DNA of 64,000 nt from Vicinamibacterales bacterium (GTDB lineage: Bacteria > Acidobacteriota > Vicinamibacteria > Vicinamibacterales > UBA2999). The stretch covers positions 1,807-65,806 of the forward strand of contig JBFXBH010000004.1 of assembly GCA_050183355.1 (NCBI GenBank). The letters run 5' to 3'. Numbering within the stretch: position 1 is the stretch's first letter; every line of letters begins with the position of its first letter. Positions 51,484-59,567 of this stretch are shown piece after piece. The notes beneath the pieces were generated by a model, which did not search any database, had not been told where the DNA came from, and was given only the letters and a program-made list of their open reading frames with translations. The position numbers and the translations under genes were made by a program.

Positions 51484-52869
51484 ATGCGGATTCTCGGTGG
51501 GTTGCTGGCGGCGCTCGTGGTGTCCGGTTGCGCGGGGGAAGGGACGCGCAGCGTCTCGCTCGTCGTGACCAACGGCCAGGTCGTGACGATGGACGGCTCG
51601 CGGCGCGTGCTGCCGTCGGGTGGCGTGGCCATCGACCGGGACCGGATCGTGGCCGTGGAGTCCACCGAAGAGCTTGCCCGGCATTTCCGTGCCGAGCAGG
51701 CGATTGACGCCGGCGGCGGCATCATCATGCCCGGCCTGATCAACACGCACACGCACGCGCCGATGGTGCTCTATCGGGGCCTCGCCGACGACCTGGCGCT
51801 GATGGACTGGCTGCAGAAGTACATCTTCCCGGCCGAGGCGAAGACGGTGTCGCCGGCGTTTGTCCGCACGGGCACGCGGCTCGCCGCGCTCGAAATGATT
51901 CAGTCCGGCACGACGACCTTCGCGGACATGTACTACTTCGAGAGCACGATTGCCGAGGAGGTCGCGCAGGCGGGGCTCCGCGGCGTGCTGGGCCAGACGG
52001 TCATTCAGTTTCCGGTCGCCGACGCGCGGACGCCGCAGGAAGGGCTGGCCCGGGCGGAGGCGTTCATCCGCCAGTGGAACGGCCACCCGCTGATCACACC
52101 CGCGGTGGCGCCCCATGCCCTCTACACGCTCGATGCGGCCACGCTGCAGGCGGCGCGGAGGCTGGCCGTGGAGCAGCACGTGCCGATGCTGATCCATCTG
52201 GCGGAAACGGAAGCCGAGGCGCAGACGGCCCGGGAGCGGGGGGCTGCCTCGGCCGTGGCGTACCTCGACGGCCTCGGCGTTCTGGGCCGTGGCGTGCTCG
52301 GCGCACACGGCGTCTGGGTGTCACCCGAGGAGGTGGCGGTGCTGAAGGCGCGCGGCGTCGGCATCGCCCACAATCCGGCCAGCAACATGAAGCTGGCGAG
52401 CGGCGTGGCGCCCGTCCCCGCGTATCTCTCGGCCGGGGTCGCGCTCGGGCTCGGCACGGACGGCGCGGCGAGCAGCAACGACCTCGACATGTTCATGGCC
52501 ATGCGCCTCGCGGCGCTGCTGCACAAGGTGGAGCAGCAGGACCCGCGGGTCGTGCCGGCGACGGCCGTCGTCGAGATGGCGACGCTCGGTGGCGCCCGGG
52601 CGCTGGGTCTGGAGGCCGTGACCGGCTCGCTGGAGCCCGGCAAACGGGCCGACGTGATCGTGGTCGGCGTGGACGGGGCCGCGCAGACGCCGCTCTTTGA
52701 CCCGCTGTCGCATCTGGTCTACGTGGCGCACGGTGGCGACGTCCGCCATACAGTCGTCAACGGGCGGGTGCTGATGAAGGACCGGCGGGTGCTGACGCTG
52801 AACGAGCCGTCCGTGCTGGCCGATGCGCGCCTCGCGGCCGGGGCCGTGCGGGCCGCCGTCGCGCCGTAG
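51484..52869 (+). CDS. amidohydrolase of the MtaD/TRZ-ATZ (nucleoside/aminohydrolase) family with a lipoprotein signal peptide
   Basis: 461 aa. Lipobox LVVSGC at residues 11-16. PGLINTHTHAPM metal-binding HxH, HLAETEAE, and GLGTDGAASSN. Confidence 0.8.
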   Translation: MRILGGLLAALVVSGCAGEGTRSVSLVVTNGQVVTMDGSRRVLPSGGVAIDRDRIVAVESTEELARHFRAEQAIDAGGGIIMPGLINTHTHAPMVLYRGLADDLALMDWLQKYIFPAEAKTVSPAFVRTGTRLAALEMIQSGTTTFADMYYFESTIAEEVAQAGLRGVLGQTVIQFPVADARTPQEGLARAEAFIRQWNGHPLITPAVAPHALYTLDAATLQAARRLAVEQHVPMLIHLAETEAEAQTARERGAASAVAYLDGLGVLGRGVLGAHGVWVSPEEVAVLKARGVGIAHNPASNMKLASGVAPVPAYLSAGVALGLGTDGAASSNDLDMFMAMRLAALLHKVEQQDPRVVPATAVVEMATLGGARALGLEAVTGSLEPGKRADVIVVGVDGAAQTPLFDPLSHLVYVAHGGDVRHTVVNGRVLMKDRRVLTLNEPSVLADARLAAGAVRAAVAP

Positions 52870-52902
52870 GGCGCCGTGCGGCGCTGCGGCTCGACGCCCT
52901 AC
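52866..52902. terminator. hairpin spanning both stop codons of the convergent amidohydrolase and hpt genes
   Basis: GTAGGGCG (52866-73) pairs with CGCCCTAC (52895-902). No U-tract. Confidence 0.3.
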
Positions 52903-53402
52903 TCGATGACGCCGATGTAGGGCAGGTTGCGGTGGACGCCTGCGTGGTCGAGGCCGTAGCCCACCACGAAGCGGTCCTCGATCTCGAAGCCGATGTAGTC
53001 CACCTGCACCGGCACGACGCGCCGGGATGGCTTGCTGAGCAGGCAGGCCGTCTTCAGGGACTTCGGCGCCCGCGTCCGCAGGACGTCCTGCAGGTAGGTG
53101 AGCGTCAGCCCGGAGTCGGCGATGTCCTCGACGATCACGACGCTCCGGCCCTCGATCCCCGAGTCGAGATCCTTCAGCAGCCGCACCTCGCCGCTCGTGG
53201 ATGTGCCGGTGCCGTAGCTGGAGAGCGCCATGAAGTCCACGGTCACCGTTCCGGGGATGGCCCGCATCAGGTCGCTCGCGAAGATGAACGAGCCCTTGAG
53301 CACGCAGATGAGATGAAGGTCGTCCGGGTGGTCGCGCCGGATCTCGGCGGCCATGGCCTGGACGCGGCTGGCAATCGTCTCGGCGGAGAACAGGGTCTGC
53401 AT
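52899..53402 (-). CDS. hpt: hypoxanthine(-guanine) phosphoribosyltransferase
   Basis: Start at MQTLFSAETIASRV (ATG 53402). PRPP motif VVIVEDIADSGLTL, and VVGYGLD. Confidence 0.92.
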   Translation of the reverse strand: MQTLFSAETIASRVQAMAAEIRRDHPDDLHLICVLKGSFIFASDLMRAIPGTVTVDFMALSSYGTGTSTSGEVRLLKDLDSGIEGRSVVIVEDIADSGLTLTYLQDVLRTRAPKSLKTACLLSKPSRRVVPVQVDYIGFEIEDRFVVGYGLDHAGVHRNLPYIGVIE

Positions 53403-53469
53403 GGGGTGAGCGCGCGTGGGGGCGAGGGTCGGCGGCGACTGTGGCGAGGGTAACATAGCGTCGCGGCCC

Positions 53470-54099
53470 ATGAAGCGGTTCGACATCATCACGGAGACGG
53501 ACGCGCGCGTGCTCGACCCCGGCAGCACCGTGGAACTGGCCGCCAACGGCATCATCACGCCGCTCGCCCAGGACACGCTGCGCGCCCGGCGGGTCGACGT
53601 GGTGCGTGTCGGCGCCACGGTGGCCGCCGACAGCCTCGCGCCGGTGGCCGACGTGCGCATCGTGACGCTGGGTTCGGACCACACCGGCGTCCGGCTGCGG
53701 AACCACCTGCGGCAGCTGCTCCGCGGCCGGGGACTGGCCGTGCACGATGTCGGGACCGACGGCGCCGACCCGGTGGACTACCCGGACATCGCGGCTGCGG
53801 TGGCGCGGCCGGTCGCCAGGGGTGAGGCGCACGCCGGGATCGCGATCGACGGCGCGGGCCTCGGGTCGGCCATCGCGGCCAACAAGATCGACGGCATCCG
53901 GGCGGCCATGTGCGTCACCGTGACGCTCGCGCGCTACGCCCGGCAGCATAACGGCGCGAACGTGCTCGCCCTCGGCTCCACGCTGCTGACCGACGCCGAA
54001 GCGGCGGAGATCGTCGTGACGTTTCTGGAAACCCCGATGCGCGAGGCGCGCTACGTGCGGCGGCTGGCCAAGGTGCGGGACCTGGAGCTGAGGGGATAG
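53470..54099 (+). CDS. RpiB/LacA/LacB-family sugar-phosphate isomerase-like protein with an N-terminal extension of about 60 aa
   Basis: ATG 53470 ([15 protein letters not shown]...). The RpiB-like core starts at VTLGSDHTG (residue about 65). [17 protein letters not shown] aligns to the RpiB active-site loop but carries Asp where E. coli RpiB has Cys (from memory). Confidence 0.7.
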   Translation: MKRFDIITETDARVLDPGSTVELAANGIITPLAQDTLRARRVDVVRVGATVAADSLAPVADVRIVTLGSDHTGVRLRNHLRQLLRGRGLAVHDVGTDGADPVDYPDIAAAVARPVARGEAHAGIAIDGAGLGSAIAANKIDGIRAAMCVTVTLARYARQHNGANVLALGSTLLTDAEAAEIVVTFLETPMREARYVRRLAKVRDLELRG

Positions 54100-54101
54100 G
54101 G

Positions 54102-54974
54102 ATGGACCAGGACGACCTGCGGAGGCTCATCCGCATCATCGTTGAGGAGGTGGCGCGCACACCGCGCGCGCTGCCGTCGCGCTGTGCGTGCCACGCACTG
54201 GCGCTGGACTGCTGCCCGGACCGGGTGCAGGGCGTGCTCGATGCGGGAGCCTCGCGCCTCGGCGTCCACGCCGCGGGTGGTGCGGCCGGCAGCGTGGCCG
54301 CGATGATCGACCACACGCTGCTCAAGCCCGACGCGTCGCTGGCCGAGGTCGAGACGCTGTGCCGGGAGGCTGCGCAGTTCCACTTCGCGACGGTGTGCGT
54401 GAACCCGACGTGGGTGGCGACCTGTGCGCGATTGCTGCGCGGCACGCCCGTCAAGGTCACCTCGGTCGTGGGCTTCCCGCTGGGGGCCACGACGCCGGAT
54501 GTGAAGAACTACGAGACGCGCCGGGCGCTCTTCGACGGGGCCGGCGAGATCGACATGGTGATCAACGTCGGGGCGCTCAAGAGCGGAGACCTGCGTACGG
54601 TGGAGCGGGACATCGAGGCGGTCACCGGGCCCTGCCGCGAGGCGGGGGCCGTCAGCAAGGTCATCATCGAGGCCGCGCTCCTGACCGACGAGGAGAAGGT
54701 GACGGCCTGCACGCTGGCGAAGGCCGCGGGGGCGGACTACGTGAAGACGTCGACCGGGTTCGGGCCGGGGGGCGCCACCGTGGCGGACGTGGCGCTGATG
54801 CGCCGCGTGGTCGGCGAGCAGATGGGCGTGAAGGCGGCCGGGGGCGTGCGCGACCTCGAGTCCGTGAAGGCCATGATCGCGGCCGGCGCCACGCGCATCG
54901 GTGCCAGTGCCGGCGTCCGCATCGTCCAGGAATCGAAGGGCGGAGCGGTGACGGCCGTGGCCAGGGGCTACTGA
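54102..54974 (+). CDS. deoC: deoxyribose-phosphate aldolase with an N-terminal extension of about 65 aa (amphipathic helix plus Cys-rich linker)
   Basis: 290 aa. DERA core from [11 protein letters not shown], with Schiff-base lysine region [10 protein letters not shown] and VKAAGGVR. The extension is [19 protein letters not shown]...[11 protein letters not shown]. Confidence 0.85.
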   Translation: MDQDDLRRLIRIIVEEVARTPRALPSRCACHALALDCCPDRVQGVLDAGASRLGVHAAGGAAGSVAAMIDHTLLKPDASLAEVETLCREAAQFHFATVCVNPTWVATCARLLRGTPVKVTSVVGFPLGATTPDVKNYETRRALFDGAGEIDMVINVGALKSGDLRTVERDIEAVTGPCREAGAVSKVIIEAALLTDEEKVTACTLAKAAGADYVKTSTGFGPGGATVADVALMRRVVGEQMGVKAAGGVRDLESVKAMIAAGATRIGASAGVRIVQESKGGAVTAVARGY

Positions 54975-54986
54975 GCGGCGATCCGG

Positions 54987-55610
54987 ATGACGCTGTGTCG
55001 CGCGTGTGCCGCGCTCTGCCTGCTCCTGGCCGCCGCTGACGGCGCGCGGGCGCAGACGGCCGCGGGTGCCGATCAGCCGGGGCCGTGGGTGCTGGACCTG
55101 CGCGGGGTCACCGTCAGCCTGCCGTCCGACCCGGCGTTTCTGCCGGGGCTGCCCGCCGGGAGTGTCGTGCCCGGCCGCGGCTTCGGGTTCGACGGCGGCG
55201 CTCGCTGGTTCTGGCGGCGCCTGGGCCCGTCGCGCCTCGGCCTCGGCCTCGACGCCACGTGGGCCCGTGGCACCACGCCCGGGTCGGCCACGCTGCCGCG
55301 CGTCGTCGAGACGTTCGTCCGCGCGGCGCCGGATCTCTCGTTCAACTTCGGCGGCCGGAACGGCTGGAGCTACCTGAGCCTCGGGGCGGGCGTGGCCCGC
55401 ATCGCCGGGTCCGCCACGCTCGCCGGCCGGGCGCTCGACCCGGTGACCAGCGGCGCGATTCTGGCAATCCACGGCGGCGCCGGCGCCCGGTGGTTCACGA
55501 CGGATCGGCTGGCCGTCGGCTTCGACGTGCGGTTGCACCAGTTGCAGGCCGGTGACCGGACGCCGGCCACGATGCGGTTCGCCGCGTCGGTCGGACTCTC
55601 GGTGCGATGA
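54987..55610 (+). CDS. small outer-membrane beta-barrel protein (OmpW/OprF-N-like class)
   Basis: 207 aa. Signal peptide ALCLLLAAADGARAQ and alternating hydrophobic beta-strand pattern (GLGLDATWA, WSYLSLGAGVA, LAVGFDVRL, FAASVGLSV). Confidence 0.55.
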   Translation: MTLCRACAALCLLLAAADGARAQTAAGADQPGPWVLDLRGVTVSLPSDPAFLPGLPAGSVVPGRGFGFDGGARWFWRRLGPSRLGLGLDATWARGTTPGSATLPRVVETFVRAAPDLSFNFGGRNGWSYLSLGAGVARIAGSATLAGRALDPVTSGAILAIHGGAGARWFTTDRLAVGFDVRLHQLQAGDRTPATMRFAASVGLSVR

Positions 55611-56230
55611 TGGTGCTCATGAGAACGCGAAGCCGCGTGTGGATGGTGGCCGGCGTGGCCGTGCTGGGTGTGGCCGTGCAGGCGCCTCTGGCGGCGCAGT
55701 CCCGCGTACAGGCGGGCGTGCAGCTCTCGACCGTGTCCGTGGGGGAGTTCGACGCCCGGGATACCGGTGTCGGCGTGCAGGCCGGCGTGCGGGCGTGGGG
55801 GCCCGTGTGGGCCGAGGCGGCGCTGATCCGCTACGCGGGCGAGTTTCCGGGGGACCGCGGCTTCAGCCAGAGCCGCGTCGAAGGGTTGTTCGGCGCGTCG
55901 GCCGGTCCGACGATCGGGCGTCTCCGGCCGTTTGCGAAGGCCGGCGCCGGGTTTCTCCGCTACGGTGGGTCTGGCGGCCCGGTCGTCTGCATCGCGATCT
56001 TCCCGCCGCCGCTCTCGTGTGAGCTGGCGGCCGGCCGGACGCTGCAGGCCTACGAGATCGGCGGGGGACTGGAGATCCTGCCGGGTGCGCTGACCTTCGC
56101 TCGGCTGGATGTCAGCCGCCGCGTCGTCCGGTATCCGGGCCCGTCGTTCACGCCGGCCGGAGGCGCGCGGGCGGAGGACTTCCACGGCCGTGACCTGAGG
56201 CTCGGCTTCTCGGCCGGCCTTCGCTTCTGA
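55607..56230 (+). CDS. small outer-membrane beta-barrel protein, tandem partner of the preceding gene
   Basis: 207 aa. Signal peptide VAGVAVLGVAVQAPLAAQ, beta-strand periodicity, and a terminal ...LRLGFSAGLRF with aromatic last residue. ATGA overlap with the upstream gene. Confidence 0.6.
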   Translation: MMVLMRTRSRVWMVAGVAVLGVAVQAPLAAQSRVQAGVQLSTVSVGEFDARDTGVGVQAGVRAWGPVWAEAALIRYAGEFPGDRGFSQSRVEGLFGASAGPTIGRLRPFAKAGAGFLRYGGSGGPVVCIAIFPPPLSCELAAGRTLQAYEIGGGLEILPGALTFARLDVSRRVVRYPGPSFTPAGGARAEDFHGRDLRLGFSAGLRF

Positions 56231-56240
56231 CCGGCCCGTT

Positions 56241-57743
56241 CTAGGCGGCGCGCCGGCCGGAGTCCGTCGGGCTCGCCCCGGCGTCCTGCACGCCGAACGC
56301 CTCGCGCAGCGTCCGCGCGCCGAACCGATCGTCGAGGATCTCGATCTGGTCGGCCGTGACCGCGGTCGGGTGCTCCCTGCCGCAGGCGTGGGTGAGGGCG
56401 ATCAGGTCCTTCCGCAGCGTCACGATGTAGTTCGCGAGGCGGGCCGACTTCAGCGTCGGGTCCAGGCCGCGCGCGAGCCACGCGCTCTGCGTCGCGATGC
56501 CCGTGGGGCAGTGGTTCGTGTGGCAGCGCTGCGCCTGGATGCAGCCGATGGCCATCAGCGCCTCGCGCGCGATGTTCACCATGTCCGCGCCGAGCACGAA
56601 CGCCATCAGCGCTGTGTCGGGCAGGCCGAGCTTGCCAGACCCGATGAAGGCCACCTTCCGCGTGAGGCCCTGTTCGGCGAACGCGCGGTGCACGCGGCTG
56701 AAGCCGATCTTGAATGGCAGGCCCACGTGGTCCACGAAGACGAGCGGCGCCGCGCCGGTGCCGCCCTCGCCGCCGTCGATCGTCACGAAGTCGACCGAGC
56801 GGCCGGTCGTGGCGCACAGCCGCGCGACATCGTGCCAGAAGCCCATGTCGCCCACGGCGGACTTCACACCCACGGGCAGGCCCGTCTCCTGCGCCACCTG
56901 CTCGACGAAGTCCAGCAGGGAATCGGCGTCGTGGAAGACCGAGTGCGAGGCGGGGCTGACGCAGTCGCGCGTCGCGTCGATGTGGCGGATCGCCGCGATC
57001 TCCGCCGTGATCTTCTCCTTCGGCAGCACGCCGCCCGCGCCCGGCTTCGCGCCCTGGCTCAGCTTGATCTCGATCGCGCGGATCTGCGGGTGGGCCGCCA
57101 CGAGGTCCTTCAGCCGGGGCAGGCTGAACCGGCCGTCGAGCTCGCGGCAGCCGAAGTAGCCGGTGCCGATCTGCAGCACCAGGTCGCCGCCCTGCAGGTG
57201 GTACGGCGAGAGTCCGCCTTCGCCCGTGTTCTGGAAGCAGCCGGCCAGCTTCGCGCCTTTGTTGAGCGCCTCGACCGCCGCGCCGCTCAGCGACCCGAAG
57301 CTCATGCCCGAGACGTTGACAACCGAGCCCGGCCGGAACGGGCGCCGACGGCCCCGCCAGGCGCCGATCTCGATCGCCGCGGGGATCGGGTGCATCCCGT
57401 CGTAGCCTGGCTCGCCGGCGTGCGGCGTCGCCTTCGGGAAGGCGCTGTGCTTGACGATCAGATAGTTCGCCGAGGCTTCCGGCTCGTTGTCCGACCCGAA
57501 CCCGAAATAGTTGTTCTGGCGCTTTGACGACGCGTAGATCCAGCGCCGCTGCGTCCGGCTGAACGGGCGCTCCTCGTTGTTGTTCGTGACGATGTACTGC
57601 CGCAGTTCGGGGCCGAAGGCCTCGAGTAGATAGCGGAGGTGTCCGATCAGCGGGAAGTTGCGCAGGATCGCGTGACGCCGCTGCGAGATGTCGTACACCG
57701 CGACGACGACCAGCAGGCCGAGCACTATCCAGAATGCAGTCAC
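56241..57743 (-). CDS. FMN-binding glutamate synthase family protein (GltB domain-2-like) with an N-terminal TM helix
   Basis: 500 aa, GTG start. FWIVLGLLVVVAVYD anchor, ILRNFPLIGHLRY, GMSFGSLS, EGGLSPYH, KLSQGAKPG, and DGGEGGTGAAP. Confidence 0.85.
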   Translation of the reverse strand: MTAFWIVLGLLVVVAVYDISQRRHAILRNFPLIGHLRYLLEAFGPELRQYIVTNNNEERPFSRTQRRWIYASSKRQNNYFGFGSDNEPEASANYLIVKHSAFPKATPHAGEPGYDGMHPIPAAIEIGAWRGRRRPFRPGSVVNVSGMSFGSLSGAAVEALNKGAKLAGCFQNTGEGGLSPYHLQGGDLVLQIGTGYFGCRELDGRFSLPRLKDLVAAHPQIRAIEIKLSQGAKPGAGGVLPKEKITAEIAAIRHIDATRDCVSPASHSVFHDADSLLDFVEQVAQETGLPVGVKSAVGDMGFWHDVARLCATTGRSVDFVTIDGGEGGTGAAPLVFVDHVGLPFKIGFSRVHRAFAEQGLTRKVAFIGSGKLGLPDTALMAFVLGADMVNIAREALMAIGCIQAQRCHTNHCPTGIATQSAWLARGLDPTLKSARLANYIVTLRKDLIALTHACGREHPTAVTADQIEILDDRFGARTLREAFGVQDAGASPTDSGRRAA

Positions 57744-58031
57744 GGGCTCTCTCCCTCACCGGGAGGAATCGGCCCGGGCTGCGCCCGCTTGAGGCCGGCG
57801 CACGGGGAGTGGCTACTCCTCGCCCCCGCGGATTGCGTGCCACCGCGGGAGGAATCTACCCGCGCCGAAGCCGCAAGAGCCCGGCACGAGCCGCGCGTTG
57901 CGTGATTCCGGCGCAGATGTGCCCGGAATGCGGGAGCGCGACACCTCGCACGGCACGTCGCACAACACGGCTCACGGTGTGGCTCGCCGGTTGCGACAGG
58001 GTCCTCGGAGTTCACCAAGGAGGACCCACCG

Positions 58032-58697
58032 ATGACACTGACCCTGCCTCGTCGACGTTTCTTCGTCACTGCCGGCCTCGGCGCCGCCGGCGCCCTGACC
58101 GTTCCCGCCGCGTTCGTGTCCAGCCAGACGCCCACACGGGACGAAGCCGTGATGCACCACGTCGGAAAGGAGCTGGCGCGCCTGTACAGGCTGCATCGCC
58201 GCCAGAACCTGTTCGCCGAGCACTACGAGACGTTCGCCGCGAACCTGCGGCTCCTCGCCGTGGTGCATCCGGACCTGCGGGGCGCCGCCCGCAAGCCCCG
58301 GAAGCCCCACGACCACCGGATGCGCGCCCGCCAGGCGGAGGAAGTGCGGCAGGCCTTCGGCATCGACATCTCGAACGAGCCCGAGCCGGCGGCGCTCTCC
58401 GCGAAGGACGAGGCGCGCGTCCGGGAGCAGCTCGGCCGCGAGGGCATCGGCCCGACGCTGCTGCGGATGGCCGACGCGGCCGAGGCGAAGGCCGCCCGCA
58501 TGGCGCGCAGCGGGAACGCGCCGCCCTTCCGGAACGCCCAGCTGGAGTGGAACCTGGCGTGCCGGTTCGAGCCGGAGATCCAGCTGGCCAGTCAGATCAT
58601 CTGTGACGTGGCGAGTACGGGCGTCGGCGGCGCCCAGGCCCAGGTCGCGTGCCGCGTGTCGGTGATCGTGGTATACCTCTGGCGCTGGCTGTGCTGA
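58032..58697 (+). CDS. hypothetical Tat-signal protein
   Basis: 221 aa. AAGGAGG Shine-Dalgarno at 58016-22. Twin-arginine motif PRRRFFVTAGLGAAGALTVPAAF. Helical Arg-rich body, four Cys near the C-terminus, and a hydrophobic tail VSVIVVYLWRWLC. Confidence 0.6.
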   Translation: MTLTLPRRRFFVTAGLGAAGALTVPAAFVSSQTPTRDEAVMHHVGKELARLYRLHRRQNLFAEHYETFAANLRLLAVVHPDLRGAARKPRKPHDHRMRARQAEEVRQAFGIDISNEPEPAALSAKDEARVREQLGREGIGPTLLRMADAAEAKAARMARSGNAPPFRNAQLEWNLACRFEPEIQLASQIICDVASTGVGGAQAQVACRVSVIVVYLWRWLC

Positions 58698-58909
58698 TGC
58701 CGACGTCCCGCACGAATCGAGCGCTGATCGCCCTGTTCAGTACGATGGGCTTTGCGGCGTTCTATCTGATTCCGCCGGGGCTCCTGGAACGTGTCGTGTC
58801 CTCGGTGTGTTCGGGTCTTGTCATCGTGTTCACGACGATCGAGATTCGGAGGGATCGTGAGCGTGGCCCGTACGCCGACGAGCGACCGTCCCTCGGTCTG
58901 CGCGGGTAG
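58697..58909 (+). CDS. hypothetical small two-TM membrane protein, translationally coupled to the Tat-signal gene
   Basis: 70 aa from ATG 58697 (TGATG overlap with the upstream stop). ALIALFSTMGFAAFYLI and VVSSVCSGLVIVFTTI hydrophobic segments. Confidence 0.4.
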   Translation: MPTSRTNRALIALFSTMGFAAFYLIPPGLLERVVSSVCSGLVIVFTTIEIRRDRERGPYADERPSLGLRG

Positions 58910-58967
58910 TCCGGGACGCAACCAGGAGGGAGGGTCGGCTCCCTCTGACCGCGACCCACGTCCAGCG

Positions 58968-58976
58968 TGGGATAAT
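58968..58976 (+). promoter_or_regulatory. extended -10-like element TGGGATAAT ending 7 nt before the ppa ATG (possible leaderless transcript)
   Basis: Read directly. No Shine-Dalgarno lies between it and ATG 58983. The -35 region is weak (CTGACC with 20-nt spacing). Confidence 0.25.
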
Positions 58977-58982
58977 CGCCGG

Positions 58983-59546
58983 ATGCATCCCTGGCACGAC
59001 ACGTACCTGGACGACACGTCCATCGAGAAGTCCTTCCCGGCCATCATCGAGATTCCGAAGGGCAGCAAGAACAAGTACGAGATGGACAAGGAGACCGGCC
59101 TGCTGCGGCTGGACCGCGTCCTCCACAGCGCCGTGCACTACCCGGCCGACTACGGCTTCATCCCGCGCACCTACTGCGACGACGGCGACCCGCTCGACAT
59201 CCTCGTCCTGAGCCAGGAGCCCGTATTTCCGCTGACCATCGTCGAGGCACGCGCCATCGGCGTGATGCGGATGCGCGATGAGAAGGGCATCGACGACAAG
59301 ATCATCGCCGTCAGCGTGAACGACCCCGCTGTCTCGCATTACACGGACAAGAACCAGCTCCCGCCCCATGAACTGCGACAGCTGCAGCGCTTCTTCGAGG
59401 AGTACAAGGCCCTCGAGCACGACGCCGAGGTCGTGGTGGAGGAGATGCTCGGCCCGGTCGACGCCGTGCGGATTCTGACCAGCTCGCTGGATCTCTACCG
59501 CAGGCTGCGCCGCGGCGAGCTCCGCGTGGGGGCGACGGGGAAGTAG
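58983..59546 (+). CDS. ppa: inorganic pyrophosphatase (family I)
   Basis: Start at MHPWHDTYLD (ATG 58983) within ORF 58791..59546. EIPKGSKNKYEMDKETG, YPADYGFIP, and DGDPLDILVL. Confidence 0.93.
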   Translation: MHPWHDTYLDDTSIEKSFPAIIEIPKGSKNKYEMDKETGLLRLDRVLHSAVHYPADYGFIPRTYCDDGDPLDILVLSQEPVFPLTIVEARAIGVMRMRDEKGIDDKIIAVSVNDPAVSHYTDKNQLPPHELRQLQRFFEEYKALEHDAEVVVEEMLGPVDAVRILTSSLDLYRRLRRGELRVGATGK

Positions 59547-59567
59547 CGCGGCCGTTCCGGCTGAATG

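Noticed and set aside
57840-57885. Fragment resembling the glycine-riboswitch core (CGCCGAAG..GCAA)
   Set aside because: This is only a short partial match. The other conserved helices are not evident, and neither flanking gene is a glycine-cleavage or transport gene.
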